Assembly: GCA_009991595.1 (NCBI GenBank)
Contig: JAACVK010000030.1
Span: forward strand, 11,262 to 75,261
Source of the DNA: a bacterium
GTDB taxonomy: Bacteria; Bdellovibrionota; UBA2428
Direction: 5' to 3'
DNA: 64,000 nucleotides
Positions 19,308-29,207 of this stretch are shown one piece after another (positions within the stretch are counted from its first letter, which is position 1; each line of letters opens with the position of its first letter). The notes under the pieces were generated by a model, which saw nothing but the letters and a program-made list of their open reading frames with translations, ran no database searches and was not told the DNA's origin. Both the position numbers and the translations under genes were made by a program.

Positions 19308-20380
19308 TTTGGCAATTTCCCAAGACGGCTCAGATTAGTCGGAGTTTTCATCTTGGGTAAAGGCAAATCAATTTTTTTACCGGGGCTATAGCTTTTCATC
19401 TCGCCAGTAACCCAGCCTATGCGGATTTTAGCCTTAAATTTCAACATAAATTTGGAGTCATCGTCCCTAAACCATATTTTCACATCGGCCTGTGGCTTAA
19501 ACTGCCCCGTAATTCTCGGATTCATTTTATAGCGAACGGTATCAAACTCTCCGGCAGGCAACTGAATGCGTTCCTTGCCTTCGAAAATCATCTCATTACT
19601 CCAATGCTTCCAGCGATCGTGCACAGGAAAATTTAAGTTCTGTAAAGAATCAGCAAAACGATAGAAAAAGATGGCTCCAAAAATATCTTGGGGATAATTC
19701 TCAAGAGGATCGTCTCGACGAATCTCAACGACCTGTCCATCCTTCTTGGTTGTATGAGAATAATAGCTTACGGCTTTCTTCTCGTGGTTGAATACGACGA
19801 CTCGCTTCCCCCAACGGCCAGACTCATTCTGCCGAAGCTCTTGACGACGTGGAAGGTGATCAGCCAGCCCGACCCAGGTGTCTACGGTGTCGTGAACCTT
19901 ATAGATGAAGTCCAAAACCTTAGAACTCTTCGCATCGGCTTGATAGTGAATCACAGGCTCTCCATCAAGAACCTTCATATCCTTAACTTCGATTGTAGCT
20001 ATGCCACCCTCAATCAAACCCCACCTTAGAACATAGCTAGCCTTTTCGCCTAAACCGTAAGGCCATCTCTTTGGAATCCAAATGGCAGAGTCTTCGGCAA
20101 CTCTCTGGGCGGGCTCTTTGCTTTTGTTATTCTTGCCTTTAGTCACAACTTTCGGCTTAGACTTAGCTCTGACTTCTTCGGCCTTATGTTTTTTAACAAC
20201 AATTTTTTCTATATTTTCTTCACTTAAAGTTTCAAAATTTTGATTGAGCTCTTTTGGTCCGGCTGCAATTTGTCCATCTCGAACTAAATCTCGGGCGCAG
20301 TATTGTAAAGAAAGCGCTAGGCATCCCAAGGCAATGCTTGTCGATAATCGTGGATATTTTTGAAACGTCGATGTAGCCAT
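19304..20380 (-). CDS. DUF3108-like exported beta-rich protein
   Basis: Possible lipobox (LQYC); GEKASY..RWG.IEGG.A, QDIFGAIFFYR, PAGEFDT and IWFRDD...LK.KAKI.IG. Start codon uncertain. Confidence 0.7.
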   Translation of the reverse strand: MATSTFQKYPRLSTSIALGCLALSLQYCARDLVRDGQIAAGPKELNQNFETLSEENIEKIVVKKHKAEEVRAKSKPKVVTKGKNNKSKEPAQRVAEDSAIWIPKRWPYGLGEKASYVLRWGLIEGGIATIEVKDMKVLDGEPVIHYQADAKSSKVLDFIYKVHDTVDTWVGLADHLPRRQELRQNESGRWGKRVVVFNHEKKAVSYYSHTTKKDGQVVEIRRDDPLENYPQDIFGAIFFYRFADSLQNLNFPVHDRWKHWSNEMIFEGKERIQLPAGEFDTVRYKMNPRITGQFKPQADVKIWFRDDDSKFMLKFKAKIRIGWVTGEMKSYSPGKKIDLPLPKMKTPTNLSRLGKLPK

Positions 20381-21285
20381 AAATATTGTTCAGGATTTTC
20401 TAAAATCCACTTACCTATTGTGTCATTACATCTACGGACATGATAGGCAATATCACGACTAGCGTCGCCGATTGACTCATCGCAAAAGTCGATTGGTGCC
20501 TCTAGGTAGACCACGTTGCAACCCTGAGCATCGCGCAAAATAAAACAAGGCACAATGGGAGCCTTTAAGCGCCGATTCATAATAGCCAAGCCCTTAGGGG
20601 ACCAAGCCTTTAAACCCAAAAACTCGGACTCAATTCCATGAGGATCTCCCGTATGCTGGTCAAAAATAAACCCCATACCCCGACCGCGCTTTACAGCTTT
20701 AACAATAGCTATACCGGAGCCACTCTCATTGAGTAGCTCCAAGCCAAATGCTTGCCTCGATTTGACCCAAAGCTCATCAAAGAATGGATTTCTAAGAAAA
20801 CGAGTCACGATGGTAAGGCGAACCTTTGAAAAAACTCCCACCAAAGTCACCAATTCCCAATTACCTAAATGGGCGCCCAAGGAAAAAAAACCTTTTGTAG
20901 GATCATTAAAATGAAAGTCTAAATTCTCTCGTCCAACCACTCGATACTTCTTACCTTCGTCAGAAGGTTTCCAGTGAAATCTCTCTAATACCTCAAAAAC
21001 CAAGAGACTCATGTGAATCAAATTCCTTTGAGCAAGGGCTTCAATTCTATTTCGAAACTCTTTATTAGACTCTTCCCTTTGTCGCGGAAAAACTAAGGCA
21101 AGATTATGAAGAACAATATCAACTTTAAACCTTAAAATATAAAACCAAAGCTTCGACACAAGCTTTGCAACAAAATTCTTAATAGAAAATGGCATCCAGT
21201 AGAACACCAATCCCACCAACCAGAGTGCTAAATAAACTAACTTAGCAGCAAAACTTAATACAATTTTTCGAAGATAGACAAACAT
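20317..21285 (-). CDS. Lipid A secondary (late) acyltransferase, LpxL/HtrB family
   Basis: AHLGNWE, IFDQH and ENPEQYLWLHRRFK motifs. Confidence 0.9.
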   Translation of the reverse strand: MFVYLRKIVLSFAAKLVYLALWLVGLVFYWMPFSIKNFVAKLVSKLWFYILRFKVDIVLHNLALVFPRQREESNKEFRNRIEALAQRNLIHMSLLVFEVLERFHWKPSDEGKKYRVVGRENLDFHFNDPTKGFFSLGAHLGNWELVTLVGVFSKVRLTIVTRFLRNPFFDELWVKSRQAFGLELLNESGSGIAIVKAVKRGRGMGFIFDQHTGDPHGIESEFLGLKAWSPKGLAIMNRRLKAPIVPCFILRDAQGCNVVYLEAPIDFCDESIGDASRDIAYHVRRCNDTIGKWILENPEQYLWLHRRFKNIHDYRQALPWDA

Positions 21286-22196
21286 AGCTCTTTTTTCGCC
21301 TTAAACTCTAGCTCACAATCTACAACCAAAACCCGAAAGTTAAGATCGCCTAAGGTCTCTTGAGTCTCCCCAGTTTCCAACAGGTCTCTAATTTCCTTCC
21401 AACGACAAATTTTAACTGCTTCCTTAAAGCCAATGATTAGTTGTTCAGGCTTGTGCTCAGCTATAGCATCCACCATTTGAGTTGCATCTGCATGATCGGC
21501 TAACTCCACATATTCAAAACTAGGAACCTTTTGTCGTATAAAATTCAAATAAGCCTCATCTAAGACCCGAGTAGTGAGCACTAAAGTTCGTTCAAAATCT
21601 CTAGCCTCAGCCTTAAAATAGGACTTCTTAACGACATCCTCTCCCAGTTTAAGACAATTGGTGGCTCGCTCCAACGCCTCCTTGGTTTCGCGAAGTCGAC
21701 CTACAGGGAGCACTGAATCCGCTAAATCGAAGTCATTGTATAGAACAATATCGACATCTCTTTGTAGGCGCCAATGCTGAAAACCGTCATCTAATAGAAA
21801 TACAACATGAGGTAGCTTGGGATAGCGCTTTAAAAAACTCTGCGCATTTCTAACTCGGTCTGCGCCAACCAGCACATAGCACTTTGCCTTTAAATAAATT
21901 TCTAAAGCTTCATCACCTGAATCATCGGCAGAAAGATCTCTTACTTCTGAGTTAGGGTCTAGCCAAACAGCTTGCTTGCGCTTTCGACCATAACCCCTTG
22001 TTAAAACAACCGGTGTAGCTTGTCGTTGCTTTAGCTCTTTGGCCAAATCAATGACCAAGGGAGTTTTTGCCCTACCTCCACTGGCAATGTTGCCCACCGA
22101 AATTACAGGACGAGATAGTTTAACAGATTTGCTCAGGGCGCGATCCAGCTTTAAGCCCCATTGAAATGGTAAACTTAAAAAATCTAAAGCCCCCAT
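21255..22196 (-). CDS. lpxK: Tetraacyldisaccharide 4'-kinase
   Basis: PVISVGNIASGGRAKTP, LTRGYG, GDEA, LDDGFQH and LPVGRLRE. Confidence 0.92.
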   Translation of the reverse strand: MGALDFLSLPFQWGLKLDRALSKSVKLSRPVISVGNIASGGRAKTPLVIDLAKELKQRQATPVVLTRGYGRKRKQAVWLDPNSEVRDLSADDSGDEALEIYLKAKCYVLVGADRVRNAQSFLKRYPKLPHVVFLLDDGFQHWRLQRDVDIVLYNDFDLADSVLPVGRLRETKEALERATNCLKLGEDVVKKSYFKAEARDFERTLVLTTRVLDEAYLNFIRQKVPSFEYVELADHADATQMVDAIAEHKPEQLIIGFKEAVKICRWKEIRDLLETGETQETLGDLNFRVLVVDCELEFKAKKELCLSIFEKLY

Positions 22197-23371
22197 AACG
22201 AACCTAAATCATCTGCAATTCTTCGGCTTGCACCCGGCTCACCTAATTTTCTAGGCAAAAAGCGTAATGTCTTCTTCATCATTACAATTTGACTTGGATT
22301 TTCTAAAAACTCAACTGTGTCATTAACAAGGCGTCCTGCAGAAAGGTTGTGTTGTAACAACTCGGGAATCACCTTCCTTTGCAATAAAATATTCGGCAAA
22401 CCCACCATAGGGTCATCTTCACGAACATAATTACTCAACTGTTGGAGCAAAAAGACTGAAAAAGTATTTAATTTGTAGATTAAGATATGGGGCAGTTGAT
22501 AATAGGCGGCCTCAAGGGTAGCCGTTCCAGAGGTAATCCAGCCAAAATTCGAAGCCATCATAGCTAAATGAGCCTGGTAGACTAACTTCCACTCTCCACT
22601 TTCAATTAATTCCCTAAAAGTCGCCAACTGTTCTCTAGGAACATGTTCTTCCAAGGACTGGGCATCCCAACCCCGCGCCAAAGGAAGAAGTGCCCTTACT
22701 TTCAAAGGAGAGTTTCTAATCGTTAAATTCTTTGTCAGTAGCTTCCATGACTCAAGCAACAATCCCAAATGTCGTCTAACTTCACCATGACGAGAGCCTG
22801 GCATTAAGCACATAACAAATTCATCTTCAGCGATCCCAAGCTCTGCTCGGGCAGCTTTTGGGTTACGAGGTTCTAAGGAATCTCGAATAGGATGCCCCAT
22901 ATAATGAGCATCTACCCCCGCTTCACGAAACAACTCCTCTTCAAAGCTGAGAGCTGGATACAAACGTCGCACTAAATGAGCGATGTCCTTGAGTCGGCTA
23001 CTTCTCCACGCCCAAACTTGCGGCGCGACCACATAGTCCACAGGAATTCCTTTTTTCTTAGCCATTTTTGCAAGACGAAGATTGAAATCGGGGAAATCTA
23101 CACACAAAACAGAATCAACGTTTTCAAGTTCACGTTCGAGTCTTTTCATCGCTCGAAAAATCTTTGGCAAGCTCCGCAAGACTTCTACCAACCCAACAAC
23201 GGCGACCTCTTTAGCTTGAACAATGACTTTTACCCCTTCATTTTCGCATAGAGGACCAGCTAGTCCGACAAATTCAACGGGCTCACTTGAACTTTCTTTA
23301 ATTTGTTTAATGATCTTTGAAAGCAGCTGATCTCCAGAAGGATCACCCGCCGACACTAAAATGCGTTTCAA
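22184..23371 (-). CDS. lpxB: Lipid-A-disaccharide synthase
   Basis: AGDPSGD, VDFPDFNL, VAPQVWAWR, GHP, MPGSR..E, SGTATLE, LPNI and PELLQ. Confidence 0.95.
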   Translation of the reverse strand: MKRILVSAGDPSGDQLLSKIIKQIKESSSEPVEFVGLAGPLCENEGVKVIVQAKEVAVVGLVEVLRSLPKIFRAMKRLERELENVDSVLCVDFPDFNLRLAKMAKKKGIPVDYVVAPQVWAWRSSRLKDIAHLVRRLYPALSFEEELFREAGVDAHYMGHPIRDSLEPRNPKAARAELGIAEDEFVMCLMPGSRHGEVRRHLGLLLESWKLLTKNLTIRNSPLKVRALLPLARGWDAQSLEEHVPREQLATFRELIESGEWKLVYQAHLAMMASNFGWITSGTATLEAAYYQLPHILIYKLNTFSVFLLQQLSNYVREDDPMVGLPNILLQRKVIPELLQHNLSAGRLVNDTVEFLENPSQIVMMKKTLRFLPRKLGEPGASRRIADDLGSLWGL

Positions 23372-24399
23372 ACTTTCAACACTTTCATAGTGCTTAAGAT
23401 CCTATCCACCAATTCATGGGTTTCGGCCAAATTATGCGGAAAAGCTCTCATTGTTGACAAGTCCGTAAAATCCGTCCTTAAGCTAGCTTCAACAGGAACC
23501 TGTTCTTCTAGAGTTTTTAAAAAATAATCCAACTCATGAGAAACCGGATCCGCATGTTCAAGCCTTGTTTCCACTGCTTGGAAAGCGTGGGAGCTTCTTC
23601 CAACTTGTTCAAATCTCTTTAAGCTTTTTCTTAAGAAGTTCAAATTGGCGTGCCAATCCTTACCAGACAATTGCCATCCCCTTAAAGTTTCGGACGAAAG
23701 CCTTGAAGAAAAAAACCGAGCCATTCCTCCATCTTCCAAATCCAAAGACACAATGGCGTAATCCAATCGATCCGAACGAAGCTTTCTACCCCAAGCCCTT
23801 ATATTCGCAATTTTTGGTAGAGAGAAAACTCGAGACAACAATACAAACAGATCAAGGTCACGAATCATCATGTCGTGCATCACACTCGTGTCAGCAGAAC
23901 GCGGAACAAAGGGTCCCGTTCTAATGGCGTTGATCGTCCACAAGCCGGAGCTTGGCTTCCAAGAATTCCACAACCCTGCAAAAAGCCAGCGGTCTAAAAA
24001 CGCACCTTGAATATGTCGCTTGTATTCTAGGGCCTTGGCGGAAAGTTCCTTACAATCTAAAGCCGAGAAACCCATGGGCTTCTCTAGTAAGCAATGCATT
24101 CCTTTAGACATACAAGCCGTAGCAGTTGCCATATGAACCGATGCTGGGACGCAAATAATTGCAGCCTCTGGTCTCGTGTCATCGTTCAACCTCGACATAG
24201 ACCCTAGATTAGAAAGTAACTCGGGTTTCATAGAATCCGGAAACTCACGAATCAAGGCCGCAGACTTTTCCTTATCTGGATCAACAATGGCAGTCAGTCG
24301 AACCCCACCATCCTCACCAAACTTTAAGATTCTTTTCACGAAAGCAGAACCACTTTGCCCTGCACCAACAACCATCAGATTACGCACGTTATCTGCCAC
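23368..24399 (-). CDS. Gfo/Idh/MocA oxidoreductase in the GnnA position (between lpxA and lpxB), divergent
   Basis: Rossmann VVGAG, HCLLEKP, R.GPF.PR..D.SV..DMMIRDLD; location between lpxA and lpxB. Confidence 0.75.
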   Translation of the reverse strand: MADNVRNLMVVGAGQSGSAFVKRILKFGEDGGVRLTAIVDPDKEKSAALIREFPDSMKPELLSNLGSMSRLNDDTRPEAAIICVPASVHMATATACMSKGMHCLLEKPMGFSALDCKELSAKALEYKRHIQGAFLDRWLFAGLWNSWKPSSGLWTINAIRTGPFVPRSADTSVMHDMMIRDLDLFVLLSRVFSLPKIANIRAWGRKLRSDRLDYAIVSLDLEDGGMARFFSSRLSSETLRGWQLSGKDWHANLNFLRKSLKRFEQVGRSSHAFQAVETRLEHADPVSHELDYFLKTLEEQVPVEASLRTDFTDLSTMRAFPHNLAETHELVDRILSTMKVLKV

Positions 24400-25175
24400 T
24401 ATCTCTTTACCCCTATTTTGGAAGCTTCTACAAAATCCACAAATTCTTTAGCGATTAAGTCTTCAGGATATTTAACCTTAATCTCTTCAATCGCTTTTTG
24501 CGCCGTCATCTTCTTATTGAAGAAAATCTTATATAACTCTTTGCAAACTCTAAGTTGCTTAGAATCAAAACCTGCACGCTTTAAACCCACTAAATTTGGG
24601 CCAGTGATGTCTCCGTCTCCCTTGGCAGCCATAAAAGGCACAAGGTCACGCCTCATCAAGCAGCCACCCGCCATAAAAGCATAACGGCCAACACGACCAT
24701 GCTGAATCACCGCAGTCAGCCCACTAATATTTGCATAATCAAAAACCTGAACATGCCCAGGAAACCCAGCATAGTTCGCTGCAATGATGTGATTTCCAAT
24801 TCGGCAATCATGAGCAACGTGAGTATAGGTCATAAAGAAATTATGGCTTCCAATACGGGTGACCCCCTCTTCCTTGGTGGAAGCTCGGTGTGCCGTAAAA
24901 CACTCCTTAAAAACATTGCCATCACCAATCTCTAAACGAGTGTCTTCACCCTTGTAGCTCAAATCTTGGGGGGCGCCGCCTAGACAAACTTGAGATTCAA
25001 TCTGATTATCTCGTCCAATCGTAGTGCTGCCTTCTATACGCACATGAGAATAAAGAGTTGTCCCTGCGGCAATCTTAACCTTCGATCCAACCCAACAAAA
25101 AGGACCAATCTTAACCCCTTCGTCTAACTCGGCCCCTTTTTCAACAATTGATTGTGGGTGAACAATTGTGCTCAT
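24399..25175 (-). CDS. lpxA: UDP-N-acetylglucosamine acyltransferase
   Basis: Hexapeptide repeats, PQDLSYKGE, HVAHDC and NLVGLKRAGF. Confidence 0.95.
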   Translation of the reverse strand: MSTIVHPQSIVEKGAELDEGVKIGPFCWVGSKVKIAAGTTLYSHVRIEGSTTIGRDNQIESQVCLGGAPQDLSYKGEDTRLEIGDGNVFKECFTAHRASTKEEGVTRIGSHNFFMTYTHVAHDCRIGNHIIAANYAGFPGHVQVFDYANISGLTAVIQHGRVGRYAFMAGGCLMRRDLVPFMAAKGDGDITGPNLVGLKRAGFDSKQLRVCKELYKIFFNKKMTAQKAIEEIKVKYPEDLIAKEFVDFVEASKIGVKR

Positions 25176-26260
25176 GATTTCAATTTCTCTTCAACTGCCT
25201 TCAAGCGGTTATATATTTCTGGAAGCTTGCCCGTTAAAACCTCAATCTTTAGAGTTTCCTTCAACGGTCTAGGTGGATAGCCTTTGACAACACTGTTGGA
25301 GGCCACATCACCGGAAACACCGGTTTGCCCAGCAATCATAACGTTGTTTCCAATCTTTAGATGTCCCGCAGTTCCCGACATCCCACCAATGGTAACCTGA
25401 TCTCCCATTTTAGTTGAGCCGGAAAGACCTACAAATCCACACAGAACATTGCCCGCACCTAACTCACAGTTGTGAGCTACCTGAACGAAATTATCGATCG
25501 CAGTCGCTGTTTTGATGGTCGTGTCTTCAAACACACCTCTATCGACTCCAACTAAAGATCCAATTCGAACATAATCACCAATCACGACACGTCCAACATG
25601 AACTCGTTGTATTGGGCGAGGCACATTTGGATACTGCAAAAAACCAAAACCACGTCCGCCAATCACAGATTGAGCTTTAATTTCACATGCCGATCCAATT
25701 TGGCAATAGTCATACACGCATGAATTGGCACCGATTCTAGTGCCGGGGCCAATTTTCACAAAAGCACCTAAACGAACTCCGGCCTCTAAAATAACATCTT
25801 CTGCAATCTCGCAGTTAGGTCCAATCACAACGCCTGCCTCTGCCTGAACCCGCTCGGGAATCGGCGAAGAAGTTCCGGTCCACATCTTTGGATGAACTTT
25901 TCTTAAAACAAAATCCAAAGCAGCATCGGCATGCTTAAGCACCAGCGCTGGAGCGGCTTCACTCAATGCGCCGAGCACATTTGCATTGTTCTCACAAAAA
26001 ACAAGTCCCCACACCTCAGCCCGAAAGGCCTTGCTCTTACGATCTTTGATATAGCAATAGGAAAAAAGGTCAGCCTGGTCAGAATCGAGAGAACGGGGAA
26101 TTTGAAGCTTCTCCCAGTGCGCTTCTATCAAAGACTTTGCAGCATCAGAATGAAACTCAACACCAAAGCCATTGCTTTCCAATTCAGAAATCAACTGTGC
26201 TGGGCCATCTGGCCAAATATGATGAAGGGGCGTAAATCGATCTAAATTTTGATCAGCCAA
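25172..26260 (-). CDS. lpxD: UDP-3-O-acylglucosamine N-acyltransferase
   Basis: Hexapeptide repeats, GFGF, GRVVIGD.V.IG, DRG...DT, IDNFVQVAHN and GYP; N-terminal domain divergent. Confidence 0.92.
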   Translation of the reverse strand: MADQNLDRFTPLHHIWPDGPAQLISELESNGFGVEFHSDAAKSLIEAHWEKLQIPRSLDSDQADLFSYCYIKDRKSKAFRAEVWGLVFCENNANVLGALSEAAPALVLKHADAALDFVLRKVHPKMWTGTSSPIPERVQAEAGVVIGPNCEIAEDVILEAGVRLGAFVKIGPGTRIGANSCVYDYCQIGSACEIKAQSVIGGRGFGFLQYPNVPRPIQRVHVGRVVIGDYVRIGSLVGVDRGVFEDTTIKTATAIDNFVQVAHNCELGAGNVLCGFVGLSGSTKMGDQVTIGGMSGTAGHLKIGNNVMIAGQTGVSGDVASNSVVKGYPPRPLKETLKIEVLTGKLPEIYNRLKAVEEKLKS

Positions 26261-26270
26261 GCCCCATCCC

Positions 26271-26792
26271 TTACTTACTTTTTTTATCGTAAGCTTTAAT
26301 TAATTCATCTGTTAAATCAGTGGTATCAACTGCGTAAAGAACTCCCGCATTTTTCTCCACAACAAGATCAACTTTTTTCTCTTTACTAATAGCAGGAAGC
26401 AAATCGCGAAGGCCTTCAATAATAGGCTTGGTTGCAGTTACTTCTTTTTGTCTCATTTCGACATCATATTCCTGCATCATCTTTTGAATTTCCATAGCCA
26501 TTTCTTGAAGCTCGCCTTCTTTCTTTTGGCGGGCATCACCAGAAAGAACCAAAGATTTTTTCTGATATTCTTGCTGTAGTTTCTCAAAAGCGTTTCTCTT
26601 CTTTTCTACTTTTGTCCGACGTGAAGTGATTTCTTTTTCCAAAGAAGCTTTTGCAGCTTTTCCAGCTTTAGTTTCTTGTAGGGCCTTTTGAAGGTCCACC
26701 ATTCCAACTTTTACGTTGGCAGCCATTAGAGGAAGACTTGAAAAAAGAACAGTTAGGCTAAGTCCCTTAATTAATTGCACGAATGTTTTCAT
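26271..26792 (-). CDS. skp: Periplasmic chaperone Skp/OmpH
   Basis: Signal peptide; KVGMVDLQKAL...GK.A, long coiled coil, LYA....DLTDELI; lies between bamA and lpxD. Confidence 0.92.
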   Translation of the reverse strand: MKTFVQLIKGLSLTVLFSSLPLMAANVKVGMVDLQKALQETKAGKAAKASLEKEITSRRTKVEKKRNAFEKLQQEYQKKSLVLSGDARQKKEGELQEMAMEIQKMMQEYDVEMRQKEVTATKPIIEGLRDLLPAISKEKKVDLVVEKNAGVLYAVDTTDLTDELIKAYDKKSK

Positions 26793-26810
26793 ACAGACGT
26801 TATAGCTCCA

Positions 26811-29207
26811 TCAGAAGGTGGGTGCAATAATGAACTGAAAGACCGCATCTTTTCCACAAGAGCTTTCTGGCCTGCGGCAATATGGGCTCTCTGTAAGCGG
26901 ATAACCCCACTCAAAGCGCAAAGGACCCATCGGAGAATACCAACGAAGACCCCAACCATAGTTACTTAAGAAAGCAGGTGATAGGTTGGCAATGTTGTGA
27001 TCCGGATTCTGATCATCCCAAGCTTGACCGATATCCAAGAACATAACCGCCCTAATATTGGCCTCAGGAATCAACGGAAACTCTAGCTCGTGATTGAAAA
27101 CCACCTTCTGAGTGCCTCCAAAAGGAATCAGACGAGTGATATCGCTCTTATTTTCATCTCGAGTGTTGTTGAGCAGCTTATTGGGACCAATCGTTCCGTA
27201 ATCATAACCACGTAAATCTTGAATCCCACCTAGAATAAAGCGTTCTGAATCAGGCACGGTTTCATCGTTCACAGTATTAAACAGGTAGGAATACTCGAGA
27301 TTAGTTCGGTAAACTAGCTTCCACGCCACGTTGGTGTAACGTCTGACAGAAAAGCCCGTTCGTTGAAAAGTGCGACCACCTAAACCTGCATACTCAGCAA
27401 AAGCCGACATATACCAGCCACTCGTTGGATCTAGGCGATTGTTTCGAGTGTCATATTCAATTTCAGTGCTCAAAGCCGAGATAACGGAATCAGCATCATC
27501 CGGTGAAGTGAAAATATCGGAGTTAAATGGATCGCGCAGCATCGTGCGAGACCAGCGGTATCGCCCATAGAGCTTTGTGCTCTCTCCTATGTCGCGACCC
27601 AATCTAAGAGAAGAGCCCCAACTTTGTTGCAAATAGGAATATTCATTGTCAGTAGGAGGTCCTACACGTGACTGATTGTAAAAAAAGTTGGTTCCAAAAT
27701 AATAGTCGCTATCAAAAATCTTTGGGTCGGCCCAACCAAGATTGAAAGACTTAGAGTTTCTAGAGGACCAGTTCAATGAAAACTGAAGCTGCTGGCCTAA
27801 TCCAAACAAGTTATTTTGCCCAACGTTTGCACCAAAAACAAAGTTGGTGGCTGTTCCATAGCCCGCAGAAACGTTCAACGACCCGGTTGGTTTTTCCTCA
27901 ACCCGTATTTCCAGATCGAGCACAGTCGGCTCACCCGCTGGCGAACTCGTTAAAAAGTTAATGTCTTGACCGAAAAAGCCAAGGGCTCGAATCTTCTCAA
28001 AACTCTTTTTACGCTTAGTGGCGTGGGTAAGCTCACCTTCAGCAAACTTCAATTCTCTTCGAATAACTTTGTCGTGGGTTTTAGAGTTCCCCGAGATTTT
28101 TATCTTTCCCCAGTAAATCTTTTCGCCCTTTTCTATATCAATGCGTAAATCAACAATTTTAGTGCCATTTCGAACCGTGGTGCGAGGAATAACGTTTGCA
28201 AAGGCGTAACCCTCATCACCATATTTATCTGTGAGAGCCAAAATTTGCTGCTGCAACTTACCTGTGGAGAACACGTCTCCATCGGCCATCTCAAAGCTTT
28301 CGCGCAGCTCCTCGTCAGTGAAAATCAAACCTTCACCTTCAAAAGTAACTTCGCCTAAGAAATGTTGCTCACCTTCGTCGACATCAATAAAGACATCAAC
28401 GTAGCGCCTGTCTTGACTTAAAGTCACACGAGGCTTGGAAAAACGCGCTTGAATGTAACCTTCGTTACCATAGAAAAAGGCCAATAAGCCTAAATCTCTT
28501 TCGAAGAGATCTTCCCGGTAGCTTCCACCGCCTGTCATCCAAGAGAAAACGTGCCCCTCGGAAGTGATCATATTTTGCTTTAAATCAGCCGAGGTAAAGA
28601 CTTCATTTCCTAAAAAGAAAACTCGACGAACCTTAACTCGCTCATCTTCGGTTACTTGAAACACAACGTCGACTTCATTGGGTCGGTCCGAAGCTGGCTC
28701 AAGCTTGTATTCTGCGCGAGCAAGGTAGTAACCCTTCTCTTCATACTTTTTGGCAATATCCTTTTGAGCTTTAGCCAACTGACTCAAACTCAAGACCATA
28801 AAAGGCTTCAACCCTGTAATCTCTTTTAGATCGTCATCTTGAAACTCTTCGGCACCTTTGTAAGTAATAGTAGAAATGACAGGTCTTTCTTTAACGCGAA
28901 CAATGAGCTTGGAAGCTTCTTGCTCAATTCGAATGTCTTCGAAGTAGCCAAGCGAGAAGATGTCTAAGATGTCTTGCTTAACGGCCGCTTGAGTTGGAGT
29001 TACACCTTTGCGAAGCGACATCTTTTCTAAAATGGCATCCGCTTCAATTCGATTGTTGCCAAGCACTTCAACTTTAGAAATTGCTTGGGACCACGCGTGT
29101 TGGATAGAAAAAATGAAAAAGCTAAGAAGTAAAATTCCTCGACACTTTCGCCCTAAAGCGAAACAGTCTATTACGGCTGCGATCACGATTTCCCTACACA
29201 ATCCCAC
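26811..29207 (-). CDS. bamA: Outer membrane protein assembly factor BamA
   Basis: POTRA repeats (GNNRIE, GYF, VKERP, GN.KT.D.VIRRE), LRGY motif, GLRWYSPMGPLRFEWG and terminal Phe. Confidence 0.96.
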   Translation of the reverse strand: MGLCREIVIAAVIDCFALGRKCRGILLLSFFIFSIQHAWSQAISKVEVLGNNRIEADAILEKMSLRKGVTPTQAAVKQDILDIFSLGYFEDIRIEQEASKLIVRVKERPVISTITYKGAEEFQDDDLKEITGLKPFMVLSLSQLAKAQKDIAKKYEEKGYYLARAEYKLEPASDRPNEVDVVFQVTEDERVKVRRVFFLGNEVFTSADLKQNMITSEGHVFSWMTGGGSYREDLFERDLGLLAFFYGNEGYIQARFSKPRVTLSQDRRYVDVFIDVDEGEQHFLGEVTFEGEGLIFTDEELRESFEMADGDVFSTGKLQQQILALTDKYGDEGYAFANVIPRTTVRNGTKIVDLRIDIEKGEKIYWGKIKISGNSKTHDKVIRRELKFAEGELTHATKRKKSFEKIRALGFFGQDINFLTSSPAGEPTVLDLEIRVEEKPTGSLNVSAGYGTATNFVFGANVGQNNLFGLGQQLQFSLNWSSRNSKSFNLGWADPKIFDSDYYFGTNFFYNQSRVGPPTDNEYSYLQQSWGSSLRLGRDIGESTKLYGRYRWSRTMLRDPFNSDIFTSPDDADSVISALSTEIEYDTRNNRLDPTSGWYMSAFAEYAGLGGRTFQRTGFSVRRYTNVAWKLVYRTNLEYSYLFNTVNDETVPDSERFILGGIQDLRGYDYGTIGPNKLLNNTRDENKSDITRLIPFGGTQKVVFNHELEFPLIPEANIRAVMFLDIGQAWDDQNPDHNIANLSPAFLSNYGWGLRWYSPMGPLRFEWGYPLTESPYCRRPESSCGKDAVFQFIIAPTF

